Shown: positions 1 to 13,106 of the stretch, one piece after another
Layout of the letters: each line of letters starts with the position of its first letter
How positions within the stretch are numbered: position 1 is the stretch's first letter
Assembly: GCA_002633005.1 (NCBI GenBank)
Contig: NMRA01000001.1
Coordinates: forward strand, 107,401 to 171,400
Origin: Phoronis australis
Lineage: Eukaryota; Animalia; Phoronida
Length of the DNA stretch: 64,000 nt
Direction: 5' to 3'
The notes under the pieces: generated by a model
Databases searched by the model: none
Seen by the model: the letters and a program-made list of their open reading frames with translations, nothing else
Told to the model about the DNA's origin: nothing
Program-made: the position numbers and the translations under genes

Positions 1-1135
1 AAAAGTTAGGAAACTCGCTATGAGACACATTCATATATTTTTGGAACGAGAACAATAAGTAGAATCGAACGTTAGCAAAATAATGTGTGTGGGTCAATGT
101 CGTATTGTAAACAATTGCCATAATTTATGTAATACTTGAATTACGCATTTGTGGAAGAAGGGTTTACGTAACTTCGTAAGCCAGGAATCACAAGAACAAA
201 CAGCATGTTGGAATATGTAGACTTACTAGTCGGGTAATTTTGACACTTTGAAGCATTGAACTGGTTAACATGGTAACTTTCGACAGTGGACAGCTTTGTA
301 TGAACCTTGCACCATCGCTGGAAGTTGAATTGAAGTAGTCGTAAAGTAAAAGATAAACGACACCTTTTGTTGAACTTTTACTTGCCGTCAATGACATAAA
401 ATGCCGTATGAACAGGGCCGTAGGATGCAGGAGGCGGGCAAGCGCCAATAATGTGCACGTGTCGGTGTTAAACAGTGGCGTGGGGCCGAAGGCATTCCAG
501 AAAAGAAAGACAGAGTAACATGTACAAAGAAAGAATGAATTGAAAATTACCTTACTAATAGAAAAGAATTTGTTGTCTCTAAATAACACATTAACTGTTG
601 TCTTACTTTCCGGTTGTGAGTCCTGGGGAAACACTTGACAACGCTAAATGCATTATTTCTATTGCAGAGAAGATCAATAAATATAGCTACGAATGAAAAG
701 TTTTATGTAAACACAACTTCTCCATTTCACAGGTTCTGAATCTTGAAATTGATTGATTTAATAAATTGTTTCAAAATAATGAAAATGTACCAAGCCAAAC
801 AAAACAACTTCCTTCCTCAAAATTTGCAGTTAATGATGTTTACTAATTGTAGTATACGTCAACGGAGACCTGAAAGAAATTTACACAACTTCAATAAATT
901 ATACCGGCTGTAGAACTGACCTTACGTATAGGGTCTTCACAATAAAAGGACCTAAACTCTGGAGTGGTCTTACCGGCACTTAAACAGTTGGTTTCACTTA
1001 TCATTTTCAAAAAAAAAACGTTTTAAAATACATTAAGTGCTTAAAATGGCGTTTCTCCATTTCCTTAGTAAATAAGCACTATATTACAGTCTTATAATCT
1101 AAAATTATATTCCACGTACGGTATACATGTATGTA

Positions 1136-4100
1136 CAGCACACATCACGAATTTTTGTCCGACCGGTCGGAAATTGGTCGACGACCGGCCGTCGACCGGT
1201 CGTCTAGCCGACCAGCAGCCGACCAACAACGGTCGGCTAGGAGCCGTCTGCTGAGTCGCCTCTGTGGTCGGCACTTGGGTTGGCTTAGTGGTCGCCTAGC
1301 TTAGACGACCAATTCGGATTAAGCGTGTCCTTGGTCGGCAATTACCATTTTATGACTTAGCGGGTGAACTTTGGACAAACAAACATTTTAGTGTTCGCTG
1401 TTCGGTTACCAGTGGCAACTCCGGTCTTGACATAGGTTTATCAACTTGTGTTCAACTATTGAATGGAGGTAAAATCGAATCAACCTACAAATACGAAGTG
1501 CGTGAAATTACACCAGCCTAAAACTTTATGTTGAATTTATGACGGCGTGGTAAAATCAAACGTTAAGTGATGTCGCGGAAACATAATTTCTAAATTTAGA
1601 TATGAGACTTTTTATACAGTACATTATGCACAAAAACAAGCACGAAATTTACAGTAAAATTGCATAAAAATCAGAATACAACACTTGATATATTTGGTGT
1701 TTTCATGCAGCGGAATGCTCAACAAGCATTTGCGCTCATCCCGGCGTTATTGCTCTTGATCATCACCTCATCACGCTGTATATTGCGATTTACCATAGAT
1801 AATTATTGCTTATTTCTGTATAATTTCTTAATATGTTGGGTACAGCAATAGAACCCAAGTTTATTTTAGGAACAACATAAACAATGGTATGAACATAGCG
1901 CCGATATTAAATCATGGGCGCATGAAAACGGAAGACTGTGATCGGCTTATAGTGTCATCCATCATCATTCTGAAATTGTTGTCACTTTCATAATAAAAAA
2001 CCTTTTCGAAACTAGAGCCTTCCTATCTAGCCAGCTAGTTGTATAAAGACTATTTTCAAAATACAGCAAGGTGCTTCTGCTTATTGAGATCAAACAGACC
2101 TCGAAACTTCACACAGCCGAAAAGCTTGTATCAACATGAGCTCAAGACCGGCGGGTGTGCATGGAAAATCTGGAAGTCAATTGGCATTCAAGTTGCCCGT
2201 TACGGCCGTTTAAGCGAAAAACATCCGACGTCATCTTCCTGCGTAATTCTCTGCCTTTTTAACGAAAAAACGTATGTAGTCGTTTTGAAAAAAAGTTAAT
2301 TGTGACACGCGCCACTTCCAAAATGTTTTCAACATCTCACGTTAGATGATGACAACATCTCAGCAAAATTTGTTCTAAAATTCGGTTCACTGATATCAAA
2401 ATTCCAAAAACATTTGATGAAGTGAAACCAATTCTGATCATTTGTTGTGACGTTTACGCAACCTCGAGGTAGAACATTTGATTGAAGAACCTGGGAAAAA
2501 GAAACTGGCTAAAAGGTGACGCAATATTTCATTGGGTCGAAAGTCCACGCATAAGATCAACCCAGCAGAATAATTGTAGAAAACCATTTTTTTGCAACGC
2601 TGGTAAATAATTTAGATTATTCTAGGAAGATTTTATTCGGTCAGTTTTTATCCACAATGGCGCAAATTTGTATATTAAATTTAGCAAACAGCTTCAAACC
2701 AAGGCTAGAGCTTTCCGAGCCCTTTGGCGTAAGAACATAATACTTGACGTTTCGCGAATACTCCAAGGGGTAAAACTTATAACATATTTTCGGGGTAACC
2801 TGGTACATGTATTCCTAAAAAAAGTAGTCTGTGTTTTCATGTAGAACGTTAAAATGATTAACCCATTGATTCAAAAAGAACACTCTCGCAAACGAAAACG
2901 CACAGAATTTTCAGCTATATTACACTGGTTAAAAAACAACTTCTATAAGTTGATTGCATCGGATTCTAGTGATCACCAGGGCAAGTCAAAACTCTTAAGG
3001 GGACGCAATTACAAACCTTTGGCATGAATCAGTGATATAACAATGGAAATAGACCGACTTTAGTTCATCAGCAATGTAGACACAACAGTTACAGACACTG
3101 ACTGCGTTTGTTAACGTCTTGTGGCAATTTCTACTATGATTGATAACAAGTTTTACTCTGATGAGGTATGATGCAATATGAATGTCTAATATGCAGATCG
3201 GCCGTTGCAAAAATATTTACTGGGTTTAATGAATCCGTTTTTTATGAACCACTGCAAAAGTATGATTACTAATTGTACATTCGAAGCACGCCTCATTAGA
3301 ATAAAAAGATACACATGCTTGATGATCCTGGGAGTACCTCTATTACAGGCATGAATGAAGATATATAGTGGTTAAGCCATAGAGGAAAAGCTTACATGAC
3401 ATCACACTGAGCCATCTACACCAGGCATATACAAAGGATACAGTATTTCAAATGAAGCCTCAACTACTCATTTTTCATAGTCATAACTACTCATTTTTCA
3501 TAGTATTACTAAATCACGAACACCTAGATTTAAATAAGAAGTTACATAGTACGATGCTACACAACCTGCTCTCCCACATACATGGGAGGCCTAATTTGAA
3601 ACATTTAACGACATATATTTTCTATGCAAGATTAAAACCAAGCAAAACATGTAAACTCTCCAGGACCAAAAATAAATATCTATCTCAAAACCAGAAATTT
3701 TACTTAAGCAGGAATTAAAACAATCCAATACATTGAGATTGTTTTCACACAGAAGACCAAAGAGCAAATAAAGACAAAAATTTACCACGTCAAGACTGAA
3801 AATTTATCACATCAGCACCTATAATTTATCAAGTGAGGACCAAAAATTCTTCACTTCAGGATCAAAATAAAATACGACCGAACTGAAAATTTGATAAGTC
3901 AGGTTCAAAAACTTACCATGTCAGTAACTTTCACGCCAGAACACCACGTCACCATCCCCAAGCATTGATCTTTCAAAGTGATAATGTCCGTACTATACGT
4001 ATAAACAAGGGCTATGTGTTCAACCTCTCGCCGACAACAGACATATTATCTTGGAAATGCGGTTGAATTTCTTTTGTCTAATCCAAGTTTTACAATAGAT

Positions 4101-6048
4101 GCCAATTAGGTACACACTGGATTGTCATCATTGCATAATGGGTGATCACGTAGTCTCCGGGCATGAAAACAATTCTCTCCTGGCGTGATAAGTTTTCTGG
4201 TTGCCAATTGTTTTTGATTCTACATAGATTTCAATTCCTGAATAGAAAATGTGGCGGCTCCACTGCAACGAATCACTTCTGGTACAACCTTCCGTAAATG
4301 ACGTTCGTATTTTGCACAATTCTTCGGGCTAACAGTTTTCCAAGAGCTACATATTCATTGGACGAGTTTCTGTTTGGTATTCGGTTTTATTTTCTGTCTC
4401 AGGTAGTTCTTGAGCTCATGCTCTGAATGTTTTGAAAACGCAACTCTTTAATTACGCAGATACGTTTTCCTGCCGTGGGCACCAACTCGCTGAATTCATC
4501 AACCAAACATTTATTTTTGAAAATGCCCTCAAAAGTGTAGTTAAAACACCGTGTTGACCATAGTCGTCAGTGTAGAAAAGCGAAATGAACAAATCTGTAC
4601 ACGCTGCTCAAAGCACTTTTGTGGACATACGGAAACGCCAACGTCTCTATCTTACAACTCTGCGTGTGCTTGGCATTTCTGATAAAGCGCTCTCATGCTG
4701 GAAACTTTAAGACTGAGCACCGTTTCAAAAAAAAATGTATTTTTTCTTACAGCTCAGCACAGAAGAATTATTCTGCGATTTTAGGACTGAAACGGAACCA
4801 AATCTCGAGAGGTGACTCATTAGAATGTGCAAAATTCGGGGAGGGTTGTGGGTGGCGATACAAGCATGATTTTTTATTTTCGCGCCAAACATGTAGTTGC
4901 CACTTCTCATTCAGCGTCACTTACTACCTAAGGTGGCCAGATCATACGCTATCAATATCACCAGACGCTTTGCTTCTCAAAAGTGCACCTTTGTGTATTT
5001 TCTATCATTTTTTGCCATCGCAATCGCTTTGCCAAATGTTCACGCACATATGCCGCGTAGTGAATACCTCTTCACCACGTTTTCACATCTTCCCGTTCAC
5101 AATTGTTTTATTTTTCATAATTTGTCAATATGTTGTTGACAGAAAATATTTATTTCTGGAACAACGTGAACGACCAACTGATAGGGGACTACGTGTACAT
5201 GTAACTGCTCAGCCCGGATTTTAACGTCATCGATACATGAAAACAGAATGTGCAAGCCTCAACAGTGGTGATGTCACTGTCTTAGTTCGTGGAAATCGTA
5301 ATCATAATATGATTTCGAAATTAGAGCGATCCGTGGGTTTAGGGCCTACTGGACCGTGAATTTCGCGTCTCAGAGTGTACTGCAAGGGTCAATACTATAT
5401 AAATCCCCGGAATGAGAGCTCTTCGCGGTGTAACAACTCACTCACTAATTCATCATCATGGGCGCGTGATAGGAGACCGGTGACTAACTTAAAAAAGCCA
5501 AAAAGATGCAGTTTGGCGTTACACAAACAAAATCAATTGCGGGCGAAGACTGCTAAAAATAGCTGCGTTTACAAAATGACTACAGCGTTGTATTGACCGG
5601 GAAGCAACCAATCTAATTCATCTTGTTAACGTCACGAATCAAATTAAAGATCAAATGTAAAGAAAACTTTCACGTTTTTCATCCAAAACTTGTTGCATTG
5701 TCCATAATCCAATGATTACTAGTACCGCTTGCCTTCAACCTTCGAATTAGTGGTGTTACACAACCGACGTGAACTCATGTATGGCCGAGACAGTAAAACT
5801 AGGTTAATTTATTTAAATTTGACCCTGTGCTAAGACGAATATGCAACGACACACAAAGTGGTATCAGCCTGACAACCTATTACGCAACTGCTACTCTAGC
5901 CTAACAATAGCAGCCGACCAGCTGGTCGGCTGATGGCCGGTCGGTTGAAGGGTCGGCTGGGGAGTCGCCTTATGACGGAGTCGGCACTGCGATGGCTAGT
6001 CGTCGACCAATTTCCGACCGGGCGGACAAAAATTCGTGATGTGTGCTG
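1136..6048. mobile_element. Non-autonomous DNA transposon (~4.9 kb) with 50-bp TIRs, flanked by TA
   Basis: 1136-1185 (CAGCACACATCACGAATTTTTGTCCGACCGGTCGGAAATTGGTCGACGAC) is the reverse complement of 5999-6048 with 1 mismatch. TA lies at 1134-35 and 6049-50. Both subterminal regions are rich in CCGACC/GGTCGG motifs. No transposase ORF was recognised inside. Confidence 0.85.
3775..3925. repeat. Degenerate ~22-bp minisatellite
   Basis: Units such as TTTACCACGTCAAGACTGAAAA / TTTATCACATCAGCACCTATAA / TTTATCAAGTGAGGACCAAAAA / TTCTTCACTTCAGGATCAAAAT recur in register. Confidence 0.6.
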
Positions 6049-6206
6049 TAAATGTACACTGAGGTTAAAATGTACACTTGGGTGTAAACACCAACATGTA
6101 AACGGGGGTTTAGTTGTAAGCGACACGCATCGTTGTATGAAACGAGGCAGACTAATTTCGATCTCATGAGCATCCGTGGGTCCCGCCAACACTTGCCACA
6201 ATCAAC

Positions 6207-6365
6207 CAGGCAACCGTTCAGTAACGCTAGGACCTCGCTAAAAAGCAAGACTTCGCGAGATTACGTGAGATATTGCCGTGCTTTTTAAATGAGAACACAT
6301 GATTTTGACTACGTTTTAGGTAGGTCTTAGCCGGTAGGTCCTAGCGTCTACTGAACGCACGCCTG
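6207..6365. mobile_element. MITE (PIF/Harbinger-like), copy 1
   Basis: Inverted termini CAGGCAACCGTTCAGTAACGCTAGGACCT ... AGGTCCTAGCGTCTACTGAACGCACGCCTG. A homologous copy lies at ~29120-29265. Confidence 0.7.
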
Positions 6366-8581
6366 AATGCAAACGTGACGTAGTATGAGTAAACGTCTGT
6401 GCCTCAATCAGTTGTGAAGCTACAAAGGCAACAAATTCGGGGCATTCCAGTTCGTACATGTACGTTAATAGACAGTATCGATAGGTAGTCTGGATATGTC
6501 TGTGTTTTCAACTGCCGGAGGCCGGCAGGCGACCGTGACCAGTCTGGTGAACTGTAACTTCTTCTCATGTTATTGTTATCAGTTAAATTTATTTCAAATA
6601 ACAACCTTGTAGTTACACTTTTCGCACACATTTCTGTATTGATTGATGCATTTTTAGCGCCAGAGCTGTGTGTACACTCATCTGTACCCTCCTGTGCCCA
6701 AGGCTAGTCTATATTGTGAGAGCTGCCGAGTCTATGTGGGACCTTATGGACAAAACTGTTCATTTGGTCAAAACTCTACAATATGTATAATTTAACCCAG
6801 CAAAACCTTGCAAAACCCTTAAGGACAGATTCAATTTTCGAATTGAAAGTTGTTAATTTCATACACTCTGATTTTCTAGAAATTTGCACGCCTGGAGCAC
6901 GGTCAGGTGAAAGAAGCCGGCAAATTTCCCAGTTCGGCTGTAGAATGCCTGGGTTTGTAGGGTGAAATGCCAGAGGCTAGTATTAACTATGTTTTGTGTA
7001 ATAAATAATGATCACCCTTGCGTATTGAAATTTAGACTTGACAAACTGTTCAGGTTTAGGACTGAAGGTAAACTGTCGAGGCCCCTCCCTCCAATTGGGT
7101 GAATGAACGTCATGGAACTTGAGCGCGGTCTCGGCGTTTCTGGCATCAAAATCCCTTGAAGTTGAACACCATTCCGTATCGTCAAACAGATATTGTACCC
7201 GAAACTGAATCAAAGAAATAATAATGTTGTGGGTTGATGATGATGATTATGTTGGCTACACCTGTGGTCGTTTTTACTACTGCCACTCGACTAGCCAGCT
7301 TGCCGACCAGTTTAGCTCCCACACCAGTTCAGGCAAGAAAACATGACGGCGTTCTGTCGTTCAGCAACTTTTCCAGACGTGAGGGGTTCTGAACGTGCGA
7401 TAATATCTGGCTCCTTTAGTAACTGCCCAGCACAGTCGCTTGTCCCTTATGACAACAAGCAGGACAATTATCTCCCAGGCTTCAAAGGGTTACTGAAACC
7501 TGGCAGAATGGATTGTCTTAACTTCTGTTATAGTTGGGCGATTTTGGTGATTCAAAAACTAAACATGAGCATCATTTGACAAGGGATTCAGAAATGCTAT
7601 TGATTTATGTTCAAGTATCACGTAAATTTCATTTTGGCAGCACAGCCCAGTCAGACTAGATACGATCTAATGGGAGATTAGAGCGATTATCGAACGAAAG
7701 AGAGTCGGCTCTCCAACCATAAATGCCCGGCAGAATGGAGTTAATCAGTCGCGTAAGGTATTAGCCACAGGGGTGATCTTCCCAACTTGTTGTTGGGCTA
7801 TAGAATCGAACAAATTGGGAGCAACGGGAAAACGCCGTAATGGTCCCGATGGGACTGCTAGAGGTCCAGTTCTACAGAATCTGAGCAAAGTTTTTCCCAA
7901 AATAATCAACGGGCTTTTTACTAGCGATATCCCAAACATATAATTCTAATTTTTTTTTCAAAAGTCTCGCTTCACCCACAGGTGAATTAACAAATGATTG
8001 ACATCGTCACTCACATGGCCGCTTCTATAGCTATTCGACTTCGACCGACTGCATCTAAAAAGCAGACAATCGAAGGAATTATAATTTATTTACATTTGCA
8101 GTCACTAACACTGCCATAATTTTTCTTAAGGAGTTAAATTGCGTGGCGAGGAAATGTCTTTCGTGATGTTTCTATTCAGAAAACCTAACGCACCCGACTG
8201 TCTTTTATTTTTTAAAAATCAGTGAACTATGAATTAATATCATAATAACTATAGATAACACCCTAAAAAATTCTTAACTCCTGATTTTGTATCAACTTTA
8301 TTGCTTTAATGACTACCACGTAAAATAGACAGGTTCTCCTCTTTCAGTAGCGCGGTTTTGCGTGTTCTAGCGTCACCATCTAGCTTTTTTTCACAAGAAA
8401 GTCGAGAGTTGAGTTACATAGACGTACGAATCTCGCGAAGGAAGCAATTGTGACCACATACCTGTTTCGCTCGTGATAATACACAGAGTCGTATCATGCA
8501 TTTTCCCACATTTGAATGGAAGGGTCCCAGTCGGAGGTAGAAGGGTTCAAACATCAATGTGGTCAGTTTCCAGATAGATAC

Positions 8582-8716
8582 CAGTTGCGGATTCAGAGGG
8601 GGCGCCAAGGGGGCCATGGACTCCCTGAAATTCTCCATTTGGCAGTTCGGGGGTGTAAATGTCTGAGGGGCAAAATCCTGGTTAATACTCTGCCCTGCCC
8701 CACCCTGGATCCGCCC
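8582..8716. mobile_element. hAT-like MITE remnant
   Basis: CAGTTGCGGATTCAGAGGGGG ... CCCTGGATCCGCCC imperfect inverted termini of the common CAGTGGCGGATCCAG type; GC-rich island in AT-rich DNA. Confidence 0.5.
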
Positions 8717-9232
8717 GAGATATCATTACGTCTGGGTGCGCCTACGCCCCCCGCGACACCAAATGGTTCCAAGTGTTTATTGAATGAATATCTACCGGCT
8801 GGGGTGTGTCCTTAGTTTGATACCAAACGTTATCATTGAAATGTTTCATTCAAAGAGTCTGGAGCCCTTTTAGCTTGAACGCAAACCAAAATAGCGTGCA
8901 GATCGCATCATTCACACCGACTCGACTAAAGTACGACAACTGATTTTTTTTTTTCGTTCCCACCAAGTTTTTTTCGGGTCAGTGCATACGCATTGCGAAT
9001 ATTGTTTTTATGTACTTGGTTAGGCAAAAAGCCGTCAGTACAAGCGTTCTCAAGCAGTCGGTTACATCTACACACATTTCTAAAACATTCCATGACCGTC
9101 AGTTTTGTAAGATACGGACAGTGACGGACGTCCGCCCAGACGCATGCATTATGGACAGGTACATCCAAATAGCAATAACTGTACTGCAGGCAAACGTCGT
9201 TTTAAGGTGAGTGTACATGTCCCAGTCATTAA

Positions 9233-10113
9233 AGTCCTTCTCTCACGCGTTGTTAACCCTTATTACATGGTTAGAGGATGTTATAAGGATCCAAGAAGTA
9301 CCTACCCCATAACTAATACACGATCCGTACTCGAAAACAGTTTAAATGAACGCGCCACTCACGATTCGCACCCGAAGAAACACCGCCATTTTGAACTTGC
9401 TGCGAACCCGGAAGTACAATTCATTCAGGAACCNNNNNNNNNNNNNNNNNNNNNNNNNNNNNNNNNNNNNNNNNNNNNNNNNNNNNNNNNNNNNNNNNNN
9501 NNNNNNNNNNNNNNNNNNNNNNNNNNNNNNNNNNNNNNNNNNNNNNNNNNNNNNNNNNNNNNNNNNNNNNNNNNNNNNNNNNNNNNNNNNNNNNNNNNNN
9601 NNNNNNNNNNNNNNNNNNNNNNNNNNNNNNNNNNNNNNNNNNNNNNNNNNNNNNNNNNNNNNNNNNNNNNNNNNNNNNNNNNNNNNNNNNNNNNNNNNNN
9701 NNNNNNNNNNNNNNNNNNNNNNNNNNNNNNNNNNNNNNNNNNNNNNNNNCAAAAAAATCAACGACCACTAACTACAAACTATAAATACACTACATATGCA
9801 AACGAATCACGATATATTACTAATAAAACAAAATAATGAAGACTTTTCGAGCAAGCCATAGCACATTCAGTTACAAGGAAAAAATGGCGGCGTTCAGGAC
9901 AAGTTCCTGAACTGATGAGCCGGAAATGTGGGTACGGAAATAACCGATGACAACCGGTAATCATACGCTCACAGAAAAGGGTCAAATACTGTTAAAAAAT
10001 CGCTTTTGGCAAGAAAGGCGAAAAGAATATAAAGAAAGGGTGTCGAAAATAAGAAATTATGTAGTAAGTATTTTCGGAAACTGGAACCACATGGGCAGTT
10101 TGCAAGAAGGACT
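9233..10113 (+). mobile_element. Kolobok-like non-autonomous DNA transposon, copy 1 (spans an N gap)
   Basis: TTAA|AGTCCTTCT ... AGAAGGACT|GTAA. The left arm is nearly identical to 63616+. The right arm matches 32986-33370 in reverse orientation. TTAA target with AG..CT ends fits Kolobok. Confidence 0.7.
9434..9749. other. Assembly gap (N run)
   Basis: Run of N. Confidence 0.99.
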
Positions 10114-10878
10114 GTAACTTCTTTGAAAGCGATCTTAAACCTATAGTGTATGTTCAAGATACATAGTGTCGATAAATTATGTTCCACTCAGTCCGATGTG
10201 ATCGCAAGTAACCTCCCTCTTATTGAAAGCTTTCGATTTTTGATATGTTTTAATGAATTTATCGAAAGTCATACATATCCAGGATCCCTTTGAGTTTGAT
10301 TTTAAAGAATCTTCCAAAAGGAAGGAATAACCAATGACGAAATGCTTTATTTGAAAATATAGTATTTGCACGATTTTACTTGATAATTTTTTTCGGACCA
10401 CAACATGTAGTAAACAATTGCTCGAAATTCAAAAATTGTACACTTATCATGTGTTGCACACGGCTTTTCCGTTTAATAGAAGACTACAATTATTATTCAA
10501 TTCATAAAAATGGACTGGCATTCCTCCAAACTGAATCTTCGACCTTCACCATAAAGGAAATGGCCACAAAATTCTATATTTTGCTCTTTGTGGTTTAATA
10601 AGCAATGAATGAACAAAGTTTTGCTGCCGAAGCGAACATATTGCTCTACTAGAGGGGTTTGTTAACTTGCGGTAACTATCAAACTATTAAGTTTTGTAAA
10701 AGAAAAATTATTGAAAGTAAGAACTTAAATAATCGAACAACTAAGTTATTTTAAAAGAAAAATTATTGAAAATAAGAACTTTACCAAGAAGTTAGAAGTC
10801 AAAAAAGCCTTATTATTTACTTTGTTACAACAGGACAATTCTGCATTGGCAAATGAAGTTAGACACCAGAGAAACAGA

Positions 10879-11362
10879 GAATTAGAACATAATAAGGATG
10901 AACAAGTGAAGGGACACATGCTTTCCCTCGCAAATTGGATAGAGCAAGGCGAGGAACCACTTAGAAAAGGGAAATTATGCTTATAAAATATTACTAAAAT
11001 AAATACTCACCAAGTCAATTTCATTTCAAATTAAAAAATATTGCTTACCGAAGTCCAAAATTTCTAAAAATTGTTGTATACGCGTAAATTTTACTCTCAA
11101 AAAGATTTGATTTTGCTCTGGATCATTTAAACATTCAATAATTGTGAAAGTAAAACAAAATGATAAGCCTGTCACAATTATAGAAACTCCAAATTTTTAA
11201 AAATACATGCAGAATAACAAAACGTTTGGCTCTGATGACTTCTCAACGGAGTTCTATATTTTTTGTGGCTGATTTATCTTTGTTTTTAGTGAGATCGCTC
11301 AATAATACTTATATCATGGTCATTTACCTGACAGTCAACTCCAAGGAGTAATATATATTATA
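10879..11362 (+). mobile_element. Degraded L1/Tx1-type LINE ORF2 fragment (EN-RT linker and RT start)
   Basis: Frameshifted translation gives ELEHNKDEQVKG..NWIEQGEEP, MQNNKTFGSDDFSTEFY, LVRSLN..HGHLPDSQLQGVI. These match the Tx1/L1 motifs WIEEGEKP, NKTPGxDGFxxEFY and GxLSxSQRQGVI. Confidence 0.8.
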
Positions 11363-11367
11363 ATGAA

Positions 11368-11630
11368 GGAGAGACAGAGAGAGAGAGGGAAGGAAGGAGG
11401 GAGGGAGGGAGAGAGGGAGGAAGGGGGGAGGGAGNNNNNNNNNNNNNNNNNNNNNNNNNNNNNNNNNNNNNNNNNNNNNNNNNNNNNNNNNNNNNNNNNN
11501 NNNNNNNNNNNNNNNNNNNNNNNNNNNNNNNNNNNNNNNNNNNNNNNNNNNNNNNNNNNNNNNNNNNNNNNNNNNNNNNNNNNNNNNNNNNNNNNNNNNN
11601 NNNNNNNNNNNNNNNNNGGGAGGGAGGGAG
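11368..11630. repeat. GA/GGGA purine microsatellite interrupted by N gap (11435-11617)
   Basis: GAGA/GGGA runs on both sides of the gap. Confidence 0.9.
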
Positions 11631-12164
11631 AAACAAACTTTGTTTTAAATCGTACCAGTATAAAGCATACATTGTTATATGACTGGATGGCCAGCAATGG
11701 CACGGGCCGTTAATAGCTGACCACTGAGTAACAATAAATTAAATAGATAATAAAACTAACAAGAACATATAAACTAACAACAAAAAGTACATGCACAGTG
11801 TAATAAAATACAAACACAAAACGTGCCAAGAGTGGCGTAGAAGAAAACCCGAATCGCGGGAATAATATCTCGTTGGACAATGGTATAAGCAATGACCAAT
11901 GGTACGGACAAGGCATAATGCGTGTTTATGATCCCTCACATTCTAGGGATGAGCTTATGACCTATGACCACATTGGCTACATTTTATGTTTTTCTGCTCC
12001 GTTCACTGTTTTCCTAAGTGCGCGTCATGGTATCCGAAGCCTATTGAGGAGTCATTCCTGTCTCTATGAATTTCAAGTTATTCTTCGGGCTTTAACTAAT
12101 TTTAATTGTAATAATGTAAACAAACCTGTTCTTAATAGTATCATCGTGTCTTAACCATGTACTT

Positions 12165-12410
12165 AAATGGGAAAGTTGTTTAGATATTGCACAGCCAGGT
12201 GGCGCACTTATAACATGTTGCCAGTTAATTTTACTAAAGATACAAAATGGAGCTGGTTTCAAGTAAGATTTATTCGCAAGCTTACTAGTACTGATAGTTT
12301 TGTACAGAAAATTGTCGTAATGAATTAACGTTTGTGTTCTTTTTGTAATGGCTACTCTGGAGATCTTGTTCATTTGCGCTGGTCTGTACAATGGTTTAAA
12401 ATTTTTGGAT
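12165..12410 (+). mobile_element. Degraded L1/Tx1 ORF2 C-terminal zinc-knuckle fragment
   Basis: FTKDTKWSWFQVRFIRKLTSTDSFVQKI..*RLCSFCNGYSGDLVHLRWS matches the consensus TKDTKLRWFQ..I..TN..L.KI....CxFC......HLFWxC. Confidence 0.8.
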
Positions 12411-13038
12411 GTCAGTAAACCACTGGATCGCATCGAGAGGGGAGAGGGGGAGCCAACTACTCCACATCGGAAACAAACAATATGACGGTGGCTTTCCCTA
12501 ACACTAACGTTGTCCTCAATGCCTGCCCCTATGCATTGCTCAAGTGTAACCTATTAAATAGTACGAAAGAGCAATTTCATCACTTGACTTGAAGTTTTGC
12601 ATTAATTGACTACTGAGATAGAAAAAAAACACTTGAAAACGCTGTGCACTGATCTGTATTAGCATTCAATATTTTGTGACGCCAGGCCTATTGAAAACTA
12701 GTCTGCATGCAAAATACACGGTGCAAGGAAATTGCCGAACAGTCATTTCAAGCATTCAGATGTCACCAACTAATGTATTTTGCGTGGCTGGTTGTCACGG
12801 AATACATTCCTGTAGCCTACTGCATTCTCAGTCATAGAAGGACGAGTTTTCACTTGTGTAGTTAGCCAGGCGGGTTTGCTTGCGTAAAACTTATACTATA
12901 TAATGGGTACCTGGCATGGAGTCGCATTGTCACTCGTGAGGTGGCTCATATATGTAGTTTTTGAACAACGTTCCTGATATCTTGCAGCTGTCGTAAGTTT
13001 TCGTGTGAACAACACTTAAAAGCAACTAAAACTCAACC

Positions 13039-13106
13039 ATGTTCGGCTCGGTGATCAATTTTTGGAACTTCATTGTCGCTGTTGCTCTACGATTCCTCTT
13101 ACTAGG
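13039..13106 (+). CDS. Candidate first coding exon (signal peptide) of EMI-ZP gene
   Basis: AACCATG context; MFGSVINFWNFIVAVALRFLLLG; phase-2 end matches the next exon. The donor (GG|GTTGTG) is weak, and an alternative candidate exon ends at 14269 (TG|GTAACT). Confidence 0.4.

Noticed and set aside
188-634. 148-aa minus-strand ORF
   Set aside because: No recognisable domain, GTG start, and no convincing splice borders.
3775-3925. CRISPR-like array (also 14329-14458 and 63360-63430)
   Set aside because: Repeats are contiguous without unique spacers, there are no cas genes, and the context is eukaryotic.
4619-5224. 201-aa ORF inside the TIR element as a candidate transposase
   Set aside because: No DDE, HTH or other motif; composition looks like random translation.
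6983-8638. Exon-like minus-strand segments (e.g. DDTEWCSTSRDFD, faintly fibronectin type II-like)
   Set aside because: Could not assemble a phase-consistent model, and the flanking FN2 cysteines and WG motif are absent. Left unresolved.
9144-11713. Long ORFs containing X runs
   Set aside because: Artefacts of translating through N gaps.
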